64,000 bases of DNA from Flavobacteriaceae bacterium UBA3159 (GTDB lineage: Bacteria; Bacteroidota; Bacteroidia; Flavobacteriales; Flavobacteriaceae), in the NCBI GenBank assembly GCA_002364535.1, contig DEYL01000054.1, positions 7,309 through 71,308 of the forward strand, in the 5' to 3' direction. Positions 53,719 to 63,912 of the stretch are shown in pieces. Below the pieces are notes generated by a model. It worked only from the letters and a program-made list of their open reading frames with translations, was not told the DNA's origin and did no database searches. Numbering within the stretch: position 1 is the stretch's first letter; the number at the start of each line of letters is the position of its first letter. The position numbers and the translations under genes were made by a program.

Positions 53719-54966
53719 ATGAAACAACTGCTGCTGGATTTTTACCAACGTTTGGGAATCAATCGAAGCATGGCCGAGGGTTTAGAGGCCATTACATTTG
53801 GCCTGATTGTTGTTTTGATGGCTTCTATTTTTTGGTTTTTCAGTAAACGTATTTTAAGGCTGATCTTTCTAAAAATCTCAAAAAGGACAAAATCGAAGTT
53901 TGACGATTTTTTAATCAAAAACAAAATCCCGGAAACCCTCTCCTTCTTCCCCCCGCTTTTTATTCTTATTGGATTTCTTCCCCAATCTTTGATCTCCTTC
54001 CCTCTACTTGAACCGAATGTAGCATCACTATTAGAAATATTGGGGACAATTGTTACCATCATTCTGGTAAGGCGGTTGTTAAACTCATTTAAAGATTTTT
54101 TCAAAACACTCAAAAATTTCAAAGATAAACCCATTGACAGCTACATTCAAGTGATAATGATTTTTGTATGGTTTATTGGAATCATGTTTGTTTTCTCCAT
54201 TTTGTCGGGAAAAGACATCGGTACCTTTCTGGCTACTTTGGGAGCCCTTTCCGCTGTTATCCTATTGATTTTTAAAGACTCTATCCTCGGTTTTGTTGCC
54301 AGTATTCAAGTAACAATCAATGATACAGTAAGAATTGGAGATTGGATCACCATGAATAGCTACAATGCCGATGGGGATGTGATAGAAATCAACCTATCTA
54401 CAGTAAAAGTTCAGAACTTTGACAATACTATCACCTCTATTCCTACTTATAAACTAGTTTCAGATTCGTTTGTCAATTGGAGGGGCATGAGCGAATCTGG
54501 TGGAAGAAGAATTAAAAGGGCATTATTGATCCGAGTATCGAGCATATTTTTTTTAGACGAACAGCACTTACAAAAGCTTTTAAAAATTGAGCGGATTGCT
54601 CCTTTTATTACACAAAGGAAAAAGGAAATCGAGGCTGAAAACAATACCCATCAGGCGGATAAATCTCTTTTACTCAATGGAAGAAACATGACCAACATAG
54701 GGCTTTTCCGAAGATATGCTTCGGCTTACCTAGAAAACCACCCAAAAATCAACAGTGATTTAACGGTAATGGTAAGGCAATTGGCACCAACCCCCGAGGG
54801 AGTTCCCCTTGAGGTGTATGCCTTTGTCAAAGACAAAGTATGGGGCAACTATGAAAGTATTATGTCCGATATATTCGATCATTTATTGGCTGCGATACCC
54901 TTCTTTGAATTGGAGTGTTTTGAGTATACTTCCAACCCTAATTTCCCTTCAAAACAAAAGGAATAA
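53719..54966 (+). CDS. MscS-family mechanosensitive ion channel
   Basis: Multiple N-terminal TM helices, then the MscS beta-domain block IGDWITMNSYNADGDVIEINLSTVKVQNFDNTITSIPTYKLVSDSFVNW. Confidence 0.8.
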   Translation: MKQLLLDFYQRLGINRSMAEGLEAITFGLIVVLMASIFWFFSKRILRLIFLKISKRTKSKFDDFLIKNKIPETLSFFPPLFILIGFLPQSLISFPLLEPNVASLLEILGTIVTIILVRRLLNSFKDFFKTLKNFKDKPIDSYIQVIMIFVWFIGIMFVFSILSGKDIGTFLATLGALSAVILLIFKDSILGFVASIQVTINDTVRIGDWITMNSYNADGDVIEINLSTVKVQNFDNTITSIPTYKLVSDSFVNWRGMSESGGRRIKRALLIRVSSIFFLDEQHLQKLLKIERIAPFITQRKKEIEAENNTHQADKSLLLNGRNMTNIGLFRRYASAYLENHPKINSDLTVMVRQLAPTPEGVPLEVYAFVKDKVWGNYESIMSDIFDHLLAAIPFFELECFEYTSNPNFPSKQKE

Positions 54967-55046
54967 AATTAATTTTTTATTTACGGTTATCTTTGAGATT
55001 CTCATTACTTTTAAATTCTATAATTTTAAAAAAAAATTGATTTTAT

Positions 55047-55469
55047 ATGGATTTTTCCCAGCTTTACAATCCAGGATTTAAAAACAGAAATAGAGCCCAT
55101 TTTGCTGCCATTGTCAATTTGGCCCTGGCAGACGATCACATCTCTGACGAAGAAAAAAAATTTATTGATAGACTGGCCATCTATCTTGAAATTGATCCGG
55201 ACATGGTCAAAAAAGTTATGGAATCTCCCGAGTTGTATAAAGCCGACCCTCCTGCCGACAAAAACTCCCGCCTAGAGAGACTATACGACTTGAGTAAAAT
55301 GATTTTTGCTGATAACATTGCCGATGACAATGAAAAAAAATTATTAAAGAAAATGGTAATTGGTTTAGGCTTTGAGGCAGAAAAGACCAATCAGGTTGTT
55401 GAAACTGCCCTTAGTATGGTGGCAAAGGGAATTGACCAAGATGATTTTGTAGAGGCCTTTAAGGTTTAA
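55047..55469 (+). CDS. TerB-like small helical protein
   Basis: Two repeats of the pattern (A)DDhISDEEKKFI / ADDNEKKLLKKMV, typical of TerB-family domains. Confidence 0.45.
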   Translation: MDFSQLYNPGFKNRNRAHFAAIVNLALADDHISDEEKKFIDRLAIYLEIDPDMVKKVMESPELYKADPPADKNSRLERLYDLSKMIFADNIADDNEKKLLKKMVIGLGFEAEKTNQVVETALSMVAKGIDQDDFVEAFKV

Positions 55470-55894
55470 TATTTCAAATCACTTACGTAATAGCCCATTT
55501 CTTCGTCAGCCATCATTAAGTCCCTATCAATATAGACCGAACTGGGATAACCTTTATCCGGGTCGTACTCTGCCTCCAGCCTGTGCACCTTATCCTTTTC
55601 GGCTTCCTCTATTAGATCAAACAATTGATCAATCGTTTGAATCCCCCAATGCTCATACTCATCATAGGAAGCTCCATCGACTTTTACTATTTTTCCATCG
55701 ACAACTTGAACAGCCTTTGGAAGAGTAGCCTCCCTCCTGCAAAAACAAGAAATTTGAAAGGTATAGCTATAAGAATCAACGGCCAAGGCCTCCCATTTGT
55801 TTTTGCTAAGTTCAAAATCGTTGAGCGGCTCAATCTTTTTTTCGCTGCAATTCAACAATAAAAAAGCCAATAAATAAGTTTTTTTTTGAATCAT
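55466..55894 (-). CDS. Small lipoprotein (DUF6174-like)
   Basis: I prefer the start at the internal Met (MIQKKTYLLAFLLLNCSEKK) because it gives a lipobox and avoids overlapping the upstream gene. Contains YSYTFQISCFCRRE. The family call is from memory only. Confidence 0.4.
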   Translation of the reverse strand: MIQKKTYLLAFLLLNCSEKKIEPLNDFELSKNKWEALAVDSYSYTFQISCFCRREATLPKAVQVVDGKIVKVDGASYDEYEHWGIQTIDQLFDLIEEAEKDKVHRLEAEYDPDKGYPSSVYIDRDLMMADEEMGYYVSDLKY

Positions 55895-55947
55895 TAATTT
55901 AACTTTCAATAACCAAAAATTAGTGGATAAAAATAATCCCAGTTTGC

Positions 55948-58900
55948 CTATTTGAAAATCTTCTGATAACGCCAATAGGAAAAAGCTCCCAATAGTATAA
56001 CCATAACGATGGAGTAATATACAAAACTAGGGGTTATGATTTTGTCACCACTGGCATAGGAATGTAAACCGACCAAATAAAAATTCACCCCAAAATAGGT
56101 CATCAATATACTGGCAAAGGCGACTATGCTCATAAAATTAAAAGTCCAATTCCCCCTCAATCCTGGAACAAATCGCATGTGAATCACAAAAGCGTAAATC
56201 AAAATACTGATCAAGGCCCAAGTCTCTTTGGGATCCCAACCCCAATAACGTCCCCAACTTTCATTGGCCCACATACCCCCCAGAAAATTTCCTATGGTAA
56301 GCATGATCAAACCAATAGTAAGGGAAAGTTCGTTGATGATGGTCAATTCCTTGATGTTCAAACCTATTTTTTCTTTGTTCTTGATACCGGCAATGGAAAT
56401 CAAAAGAAGTGCAACCACCCCAATGATCATACTGAGAGCAAAAGGCCCGTAACTACCTACGATCACAGCTACGTGGATCATCAACCAGTAACTATCAAGA
56501 ACAGGCTGTAAATTTGCAATGGCCGGATCCATCCAATTCCAATGGGCAATCATCAGCACCATAGAGGAGACAAAAGCGGTAGCAGCTATGGTTAACTCAG
56601 ATTTTCTTCCAAAAATCAATCCGAAAAACATGGTGGCCCAAGCCACATAGATCATGGATTCATAAGCATCACTCCAGGGGGCATGACCAGATATAAACCA
56701 TCGGGCAATTAACCCTGATGTGTGTAACAGGAAAAGCAGTAGCAAACTGCCTTTCAAAACATTGATACTCAAATTCAAAATTTTACCTTCCCTAAAGATT
56801 TTAACAATCAGTAACATAAAAAGTAACAATCCCGCATAGAGATACCAACTGAAAAGTTTTTTAAATATATCGTATCGATTGTAAAGAATTTCGGCTTCAA
56901 TTTTATCTTTAGAAGGCATAACAGCACCCCCAAATTTATTCTGAAACCCTTCAAGACTTTGCAATAGATTTTCGGCTTGGGCGAAGTCACCGTCGCTTCT
57001 GGCCAGCCTCAAAGCATTAAAATAAAGGGGTAAAATATTTTGGACGTAAAGGGAATCCTTTCCTTTAAAAGAAGCTTCATTCAGCTCGGGATAAGATACC
57101 CATTTGTTCGAAGGATCGCCGGGAATCGGAAAAACCCTTAGGACTTTTCCTTCCAATGCAGCATATAAAAGGTTGACCCTCTTGTCTACCTCAATAAAAT
57201 CCTTTTGAAACTGATTGGGAACTGCAGTACGATAGGCTTCCTCCAATTGAGAAGAAATTTTATAATTACCTTGGTTGTCAAAAAATGAAACCAATGAGGT
57301 GTATTTTTGTTTGGAATCTACCCCTACAATTTTACGAAGACTGTCATTGCCTCGTTTAAGGTATATGATGGGGATATTGTACCAAAGGGCAGGGCTTTCA
57401 AAAATTGACATCATCACCTGATCTGCATTGAGCTCACCATAGTGGTCTTTTTTGCTGACCTTACGAAGCAATTCGGAAGAAAAAGTATTGGCCGGTTTCA
57501 TTCGCCCACCCAGGTCTTGTATGACCAAACTACCAAATTTTTGGGCATGTTCCTTGGCAATAGTATTGGCCCTGACCACGGAGTCAAAATCAAAGTTGTT
57601 TTGTGAGGCATGGTTATGGACTTGGGCATTTAAACCCACAGATCCTAATAAGAATAGAAGGCCAACGAGTGCTTTCTTTTTATTTTTGATCTTTTCCAAA
57701 GCAACAGACAAGTCTTTAAATCTGGTCTTCCCAAAAAAGAAAATACCTATCATACTTAAATAGAGAAGTATATAACCTGCATAGGTGATCCATGTCCCCC
57801 AAAAATCGTGATTGACGGATAGGACTGTCCCCTTTTCATCAGGATCAAATGAGGCCTGAAAAAAACGATAGCCCTTGTGATCCAGAACATGATTCATATA
57901 GATATCATAATCGAAGGCATTTTGCTCTTCTACCGTTATTTTACTCATAAAAGAGGAGTAACTCTTTTCTGTACCGGGATACTTTTCTGCAATAAAATCG
58001 TTCAAACGAATGCTAAAAGGTAAATCTAAGCGCTTAGAACCAAACCTTAAGTAAAAATCAAGTCCACCCAGTGTGATTTTTTTCATATTGTTAACAATTC
58101 CCTTACCTCCCAACAGGTTAATGGTTTCACTTTTTCCATTTGTAGCTACCTGGAGTCGCAATGCATCCTGAACTTCAGCGGCACCCTCCTCGGATTTTAC
58201 CCAGTCAAATTTTCCTCTAAGTGGAGGTTCAGGAATGACAAACTGAAATCCTTGAAGGTTGTAAAGCGAACGCAATTGTAATTCCTGCTCATTGTCCTTC
58301 TCAACCGAACCGGATTGTTGATCAGCCATCCTGAGGTATGTCCCGTCAAAAGGCGTTGTTATATAATGTAGTCCTGCCTCTGAACGTATGTTGACAGCAC
58401 CGGCAATGGGATTGTTTAAAGTAAAAATAATATTGTGGATGTTCGCAACCTCGCCTTCCTTGAGAGAATGGTCGTGACGGCTACCGTCTGAGGATTCGAC
58501 AATAGTTAGATAACGTTCACCGGAATCATCCAAAATCAATTGTTCACTGACATCCTCTGCATAATTTTCAAATCGGATGGAGAAGGGCTGACCGTTGAAT
58601 TCATTTTCCCACTCAAAATCATTATTGACATGCTCAGAAAAAAGAAAGTCTTTTTCTAAAGTTTTACGCTGGGGGACACCTTGGATCTCTCCCTCAATAA
58701 AAACAGTCAAATAGGTTTTATCGGACAAAAAGGTGTTTTGGGCAGCTCCTTCGCGAATGGGCATGACCCCTTCGTATCCAAAATACCGGGTAATAAAGGC
58801 CCCAAAAATAGTTAAAATGAAAGATAAATGGATCATGAGAATCGCCCACTTCTCCTTTTTTAACAATCTGTATTTGAAAATATTTCCAAAAAAATTAACC

Positions 58901-59076
58901 ATAAAAAGGGCCAAAATCAATTCAAACCACCATGCATTGTAAACCCATATTTTGGCGGTATCCGTACTGTACCAGCTTTCTATAAAGGTTCCAAATGCCA
59001 TTGCTGAGGAAAAAGCAATAAACAACAAAGCCATCAACTGGTTCGAAAATAAATATTTAAGGATTTTTTCTTTCAT
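55948..59076 (-). CDS. ccsBA: System II cytochrome c synthase, fused ResB/CcsB-CcsA (CcsBA)
   Basis: About 1040 aa and polytopic. The N-terminal half is ResB-like. The C-terminal half has the tryptophan-rich haem-handling motif WANESWGRYWGWDPKETWA. I prefer the ATG at 59076 over the GTG at 59091. Confidence 0.85.
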   Translation of the reverse strand: MKEKILKYLFSNQLMALLFIAFSSAMAFGTFIESWYSTDTAKIWVYNAWWFELILALFMVNFFGNIFKYRLLKKEKWAILMIHLSFILTIFGAFITRYFGYEGVMPIREGAAQNTFLSDKTYLTVFIEGEIQGVPQRKTLEKDFLFSEHVNNDFEWENEFNGQPFSIRFENYAEDVSEQLILDDSGERYLTIVESSDGSRHDHSLKEGEVANIHNIIFTLNNPIAGAVNIRSEAGLHYITTPFDGTYLRMADQQSGSVEKDNEQELQLRSLYNLQGFQFVIPEPPLRGKFDWVKSEEGAAEVQDALRLQVATNGKSETINLLGGKGIVNNMKKITLGGLDFYLRFGSKRLDLPFSIRLNDFIAEKYPGTEKSYSSFMSKITVEEQNAFDYDIYMNHVLDHKGYRFFQASFDPDEKGTVLSVNHDFWGTWITYAGYILLYLSMIGIFFFGKTRFKDLSVALEKIKNKKKALVGLLFLLGSVGLNAQVHNHASQNNFDFDSVVRANTIAKEHAQKFGSLVIQDLGGRMKPANTFSSELLRKVSKKDHYGELNADQVMMSIFESPALWYNIPIIYLKRGNDSLRKIVGVDSKQKYTSLVSFFDNQGNYKISSQLEEAYRTAVPNQFQKDFIEVDKRVNLLYAALEGKVLRVFPIPGDPSNKWVSYPELNEASFKGKDSLYVQNILPLYFNALRLARSDGDFAQAENLLQSLEGFQNKFGGAVMPSKDKIEAEILYNRYDIFKKLFSWYLYAGLLLFMLLIVKIFREGKILNLSINVLKGSLLLLFLLHTSGLIARWFISGHAPWSDAYESMIYVAWATMFFGLIFGRKSELTIAATAFVSSMVLMIAHWNWMDPAIANLQPVLDSYWLMIHVAVIVGSYGPFALSMIIGVVALLLISIAGIKNKEKIGLNIKELTIINELSLTIGLIMLTIGNFLGGMWANESWGRYWGWDPKETWALISILIYAFVIHMRFVPGLRGNWTFNFMSIVAFASILMTYFGVNFYLVGLHSYASGDKIITPSFVYYSIVMVILLGAFSYWRYQKIFK

Positions 59077-59476
59077 CTCAATCTTCACCACATCATTTGC
59101 AGTGCAAAGATATCGGTTGAAATTGAATTATTATAACTTCAAAAGACCAAATTGTTGATCAAAAAAATGGTTTCTGTTAACAATCCAATCATCAGCACCT
59201 TAAACAAAACTTCCTTTTTAAATTGGCCTAGAAAACTGCCAGATAACTAATGGCCGCCGACACACAAATTAGTATTTGAAAAAAAAAATGAAGGGTTTCC
59301 TTGCTGGTGATGAAATATGTCGCAAAAGATCCAAAGGAGGTCAACACAATGATGGAGATGGGGATCACAAATAAAACCAAGTAAAGAATTGATTGCGGAG
59401 GGAAAAGTAGATGATTATAACAATATGATTTAGATATCTTAAAGTTAAGAAAAATATCTTTATGTATTTTTGATCA

Positions 59477-60232
59477 ATGAGAAAAGTTATTTTGATTGGA
59501 GCGGGCCATTTGGCTTTTCATTTCTATAGGCAATTCTTGACCTGTAGGGAAGTAAATTTGATCCAGTGGTACAACAGATCGCTGGAAAAAATTGATTTTG
59601 CACAATCAAAAGTAGCGGTGACCAACCAACTGTCTCAACTCAAAACTGCCGATTTATACTTGATCTGTGTCAGTGATGATGCTATTAAATCCGTCAGTGA
59701 AAATATTCAAAACGATGGATTGATCGCCCACTGTGCCGGAGGGGTTCCTCTAAACCGACTGTGCGGACCGTCAAGAAAAGCCGTATTTTACCCCCTACAA
59801 AGCTTTACAAAAGGGCGTGATTTGAGTTTCAACAAGCTTACTTTTTGCATCGAAACCTCCCATCCCAAAGATCAAATCCTTCTTGAAGATTTGGCCAAAG
59901 CACTAGGTGGAGTTACCCATGAGTTTAACAGTGATAAAAGAGCCCAAATGCATATGATTGCTGTATTGATAAATAATTTTGGAAACCATCTACTACATCT
60001 AGGAAGTGAACTTTCTAAAAAACACAACATACCTTTCCATATTTTCAGTCTCTTGATAAAAGAAACTTATCAAAAAGCACTGGATAACGGTCCTGAAAAT
60101 TCCCAAACTGGTCCTGCCTCTAGACATGACCAAAAAACCATAAATAAACATTTGGAGATGCTCACAGATTACGATTTAAAAAAACTATACCTAAATTTGA
60201 CTACTTCAATTCAAAAAAAACATGAGCGATAA
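59477..60232 (+). CDS. Rossmann-like / DUF2520 domain protein
   Basis: The N-terminus VILIGAGHLAFHF is GxGxxA-type. The size and C-terminal helical domain are consistent with the DUF2520 family common in Bacteroidota. Confidence 0.5.
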   Translation: MRKVILIGAGHLAFHFYRQFLTCREVNLIQWYNRSLEKIDFAQSKVAVTNQLSQLKTADLYLICVSDDAIKSVSENIQNDGLIAHCAGGVPLNRLCGPSRKAVFYPLQSFTKGRDLSFNKLTFCIETSHPKDQILLEDLAKALGGVTHEFNSDKRAQMHMIAVLINNFGNHLLHLGSELSKKHNIPFHIFSLLIKETYQKALDNGPENSQTGPASRHDQKTINKHLEMLTDYDLKKLYLNLTTSIQKKHER

Positions 60233-60731
60233 GAACTACAAAAACCTACTGAATACTGTTTCTACATTTGTCTTCGATGTTGATGGTGTGATGAACAATG
60301 GAAAATTAATGATAACCACCGAAGGGGAAATGTATCGGGAAATGAATACTCGTGATGGCTTTGCCATCAAATATGCCATAATAAAAGGCTATAAAATCGC
60401 TATCATATCGGGAGGCACCAATGAGGGGGTAAGAAAAAGACTCGAACTACTTGGGGTTGATAAAGTCTATTTGGGCACACTCGAAAAAGACATTGCTTTT
60501 GATGATTTTGTCAAAAACTACGATATCGATCCTGAAGAAGTGCTTTACATGGGTGATGACATACCGGATTTATCTGTATTGGAAAAGGTAGGCGTGGCTA
60601 CCTGCCCTCAGGATGCCGTCGCCGATGTCAAAAAGATTGTGGATTATGTATCCCACAAAAAAGGAGGCGATGGATGTGTCAGAGAGATCATAGAACAGGT
60701 CATGAGGGTACAAAATAAATGGGGTTTTTAA
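60222..60731 (+). CDS. kdsC: KDO 8-phosphate phosphatase (HAD-IIIA, KdsC family)
   Basis: FVFDVDGVMNNG (DxDG nucleophile block), RDGFAIKYA, IISGG and YMGDDIPDL. The ~170 aa size fits. Confidence 0.8.
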   Translation: MSDKNYKNLLNTVSTFVFDVDGVMNNGKLMITTEGEMYREMNTRDGFAIKYAIIKGYKIAIISGGTNEGVRKRLELLGVDKVYLGTLEKDIAFDDFVKNYDIDPEEVLYMGDDIPDLSVLEKVGVATCPQDAVADVKKIVDYVSHKKGGDGCVREIIEQVMRVQNKWGF

Positions 60732-60755
60732 TAAATAAATCAGTAGTCTAAAACG

Positions 60756-61340
60756 ATGATTCCCTTCAACGATTATCAAATTATACTGGCTTCTAGTTCA
60801 CCCAGGAGGAAGGATTTTTTAGAAAGCTTGAGTATTCCGTTTACCATCAAAACCCATCAGGTTGATGAAACCTTTCCCCCAGAACTTAAGGGAAAGAAAA
60901 TAGTCGAGTTTATCGTCCGACAAAAAAGCGCTCCTTTTATCAACTCCCTCCGCCCAAAGCAAATTGTCATTACCGCAGACACCATCGTTTGGTGTGAGAA
61001 TCGATATCTGGGAAAACCAGAAAACAAAAAAGTAGCCAAAGAGATGTTGAAATTTCTGTCTGGAAAATCGCACGAGGTCATTACATCAGTAGGTTTTCTA
61101 ACCAGCCAAAAATTTGAAATGATAACAGAGGCCACAAAAGTTTATTTCAAAAACTTTACGGATCAAGAAATCGATCATTATATCGAGGAGGCATCACCTT
61201 TAGACAAAGCCGGAGCCTATGGCATTCAGGATTGGATTGGGGCCATAGGGGTTACCCATATCGAAGGTAGCTACACCAATGTGGTTGGACTCCCTCTCGC
61301 TCAAGTAAAGGACAAATTATCAATTTTGGTTCAGGAGTAA
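60756..61340 (+). CDS. maf: Maf-family nucleoside triphosphate pyrophosphatase
   Basis: ILASSSPRRKDFL, ITADTIV, KAGAYGIQ and the ~190 aa length are canonical Maf blocks. Confidence 0.85.
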   Translation: MIPFNDYQIILASSSPRRKDFLESLSIPFTIKTHQVDETFPPELKGKKIVEFIVRQKSAPFINSLRPKQIVITADTIVWCENRYLGKPENKKVAKEMLKFLSGKSHEVITSVGFLTSQKFEMITEATKVYFKNFTDQEIDHYIEEASPLDKAGAYGIQDWIGAIGVTHIEGSYTNVVGLPLAQVKDKLSILVQE

Positions 61341-61437
61341 TGAGTCAACTGGATCAAAAATCGTATTTTGTGGAAGCATAACCGACAATTGAATTCCAAT
61401 ATATAATATTGACTCGTTAGAGCTACTTCAGCACAAC

Positions 61438-63912
61438 ATGAAACTTCGCAGTTGCTTTTTACCCTCCCAAACCAGATTACCAAAACCTTTTATTCTTTTG
61501 TTATTACTGATTTTTTGGATGAATTCGTCCAGTGCACAATCCTCCTCTGACATCTTTAAACAACTCAAGAAATTAAATTTTTTGGGTTCAGTACTCTATC
61601 TTGCTGCCCATCCCGATGATGAGAACACACGAGTAATCTCTTATTTTTCCAATCATGTATTGGCCCGAACAGCATACCTGTCCATGACCCGGGGTGATGG
61701 AGGTCAAAACCTCATCGGAGCGGAACTTCGTGAAGCACTGGGATTGATTCGAACACAAGAACTATTGGCGGCCCGGAAAATCGATGGAGGGACTCAGTTT
61801 TTTACTATGGCCAATGATTTTGGATATTCTAAAAATCCAAAAGAAACACTTTCCATTTGGGATAAAGATAAGGTTTTGGTGCAAACCATTGCCCGTATCC
61901 AAAAATTCAAACCCGATATCATCATCAACCGATTCAATAGCGGAAGCTCCGGCAGAACACACGGACACCATACCGCATCGGCCATGATCAGTGAATGGGC
62001 TTTTGAACAATTACATACAGATCAGACTGCGTGGCACCCCCAACGCCTGTTCCACAATACCTCATGGTATTTTTATGGCAGTCGAGAAAATTTTGAAAAA
62101 GCCAACAAAAAAGGCATGCTGGCCATCGATACGGGTGTTTTTGATCCCCTATCCGGAAAAACCAATTCAGAAATTGCCGCATTGAGTAGAAGCCAGCACA
62201 AGTCGCAGGGCTTTGGCAGTGCTGCAGCCCTCGGCGAAAGAATGGAATACTTGGAATTGATCAAGGGAAAAGAATTGACCCTCAATGACCCTTTCGAAGG
62301 CATCAACACCCAATGGTCAAGAGTAAAAGAGGGGGCTCCTATTGGAAAAGCCATTGAAAAAATCATTGAAGATTTTGATTTCTCTGCCCCCTACAAAAGT
62401 GTGGTTCCATTACTTGAAGTAAAAGCAATGATCATGGAACTACAGGACGAACATTGGAAAAGTGTCAAAAACGAGGAAGTCGATACCCTTATTCTTAACT
62501 GCTTGGGAATCGAACTTCAACTCAATTCAAATATGCCTTATGGAGTTTTGGGAGAAGAACTCCAAATCAAAGTTTTGGTCAACAATCCCAGCCCCCTGTC
62601 TGTGAGTTTAAATGGCATACAATGGAAAGACCAGTCGTATGATTTAAATAAAAGGCTCAAGACCAACCAGCTTTTCAATAAAAGCTTCAAAACTAAAGTA
62701 TCCGGGTCCATCAGCAGTCCCTACTGGCTCATTCAAAAAGGCAGCCAAGGAATGTATACCACCGACAAAACAGAATGGATTGGGGCCGCAAAATCCCCGG
62801 TTGCCTACATTGCTGAACTCAGCTTTTCCATCAAAGGAAAAAAGCTAAAAATACGTTTGCCGCTTGAATTCAGAAGGACTGACCCGGTAAGAGGGGAAGT
62901 GGTTACACCATTTCACATCCTCCCGGAGGGCAGTCTGCAACTCGAAGCCCCCGTCTTTCTTTTCTCTACAGGTGAGAGTCGTAGGGTAAAAGTGAGTGTC
63001 AAAAATTTAGGCCCCTCTATTGAGGGAACACTAAAATTACAAAGCCCGGGATCATGGGAATTTAATCCAAAGTCTATTCAGGTGGCCATTAAGGGCAAGG
63101 GAAATCAAAGCGATTATTATTTTGACATCAAAGCGCCTTTAGAAACTACCGTAGGGTACTTAAAACCCTTACTTCAAACCCAAACAAAAACCTTGGGGGC
63201 CTCCCTTAAAGAGATCGCTTACAACCATATCCCCGAACAATATCTAGTTTCCCCTGCCCAATCCAAAGTGGTGGCTTTAAATTTAAAAACCGGGGTAGAA
63301 AAAGTTGCTTATATCGAAGGTGCTGGAGACAACATCCCACAAAGTTTAACTGCCTTAGGGGTCGAGGTAGAAATATTAAAAGCCAAAAATATAACCTTCG
63401 AAAAATTGAACCCTTTTGATTCGGTTATCCTGGGTATCAGGGCCTTTAATGTTAAAGATGCTTTGGCTTACAAAAACAAGATCCTTTGGAAATATGTTGC
63501 GGCCGGTGGAAACCTTTTGATCCAATACAACACAAGCAGAAGATTAAAAACCAAAAAACTGACTCCCTTTACTTTAAACATCTCAAGAGATCGTGTGTCT
63601 AGTGAAAGTGCCGAAGTTCATATCATCAATCCAAAACATCCGATTTTTAATTATCCAAATAAAATTACAGCCCAAGATTTTGAAGACTGGGTTCAAGAAA
63701 GAGGCTTGTATTTTCCCAATCAATGGGATCCGCAATTTACCCCTCTATTACAAATGAATGATGTTGGGGAATCTCCCAAAAAAGGTTCTCTGTTAGTTTC
63801 CAACTATGGTAAAGGTAGGATCGTTTATACTGGCTTAAGTTTCTTCCGACAACTTCCTGCGGGTGTACCCGGAGCCTATCGGTTGTTCTTTAACCTTATT
63901 GCAAAACCATGA
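61438..63912 (+). CDS. Large secreted PIG-L/LmbE-family deacetylase with a long C-terminal extension
   Basis: Has a signal peptide. LYLAAHPDDENTRVISY is the PIG-L AHPDDE zinc motif, followed by MTRGDGGQN. The C-terminal ~250 aa (AYIEGAGDNIP...VILGIRAFN...GGNLLIQYN) resemble a class-I glutamine amidotransferase-like / ThuA-like fold. Confidence 0.7.
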   Translation: MKLRSCFLPSQTRLPKPFILLLLLIFWMNSSSAQSSSDIFKQLKKLNFLGSVLYLAAHPDDENTRVISYFSNHVLARTAYLSMTRGDGGQNLIGAELREALGLIRTQELLAARKIDGGTQFFTMANDFGYSKNPKETLSIWDKDKVLVQTIARIQKFKPDIIINRFNSGSSGRTHGHHTASAMISEWAFEQLHTDQTAWHPQRLFHNTSWYFYGSRENFEKANKKGMLAIDTGVFDPLSGKTNSEIAALSRSQHKSQGFGSAAALGERMEYLELIKGKELTLNDPFEGINTQWSRVKEGAPIGKAIEKIIEDFDFSAPYKSVVPLLEVKAMIMELQDEHWKSVKNEEVDTLILNCLGIELQLNSNMPYGVLGEELQIKVLVNNPSPLSVSLNGIQWKDQSYDLNKRLKTNQLFNKSFKTKVSGSISSPYWLIQKGSQGMYTTDKTEWIGAAKSPVAYIAELSFSIKGKKLKIRLPLEFRRTDPVRGEVVTPFHILPEGSLQLEAPVFLFSTGESRRVKVSVKNLGPSIEGTLKLQSPGSWEFNPKSIQVAIKGKGNQSDYYFDIKAPLETTVGYLKPLLQTQTKTLGASLKEIAYNHIPEQYLVSPAQSKVVALNLKTGVEKVAYIEGAGDNIPQSLTALGVEVEILKAKNITFEKLNPFDSVILGIRAFNVKDALAYKNKILWKYVAAGGNLLIQYNTSRRLKTKKLTPFTLNISRDRVSSESAEVHIINPKHPIFNYPNKITAQDFEDWVQERGLYFPNQWDPQFTPLLQMNDVGESPKKGSLLVSNYGKGRIVYTGLSFFRQLPAGVPGAYRLFFNLIAKP

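Noticed and set aside
53742-54134. A 130-aa minus-strand ORF.
   Set aside because: It is antisense to the N-terminal TM region of the MscS-family gene. The plus-strand frame has clear channel motifs.
59228-59380. A minus-strand hydrophobic mini-ORF (..VIPISIIVLTSFGSFATYFITSKETLHFFFQILICVSAAISYLAVF) upstream of ccsBA.
   Set aside because: It contains no in-frame ATG. Only TTG or GTG could start it, it is at most 50 aa, and I recognise no family. It would be worth a tblastn check, but I do not call it.
61762-62366. A cluster of six short ORFs (63-97 aa) on both strands.
   Set aside because: All lie inside the PIG-L deacetylase gene, whose frame is continuous and motif-bearing. The cluster reflects low local stop-codon density, not nested genes.
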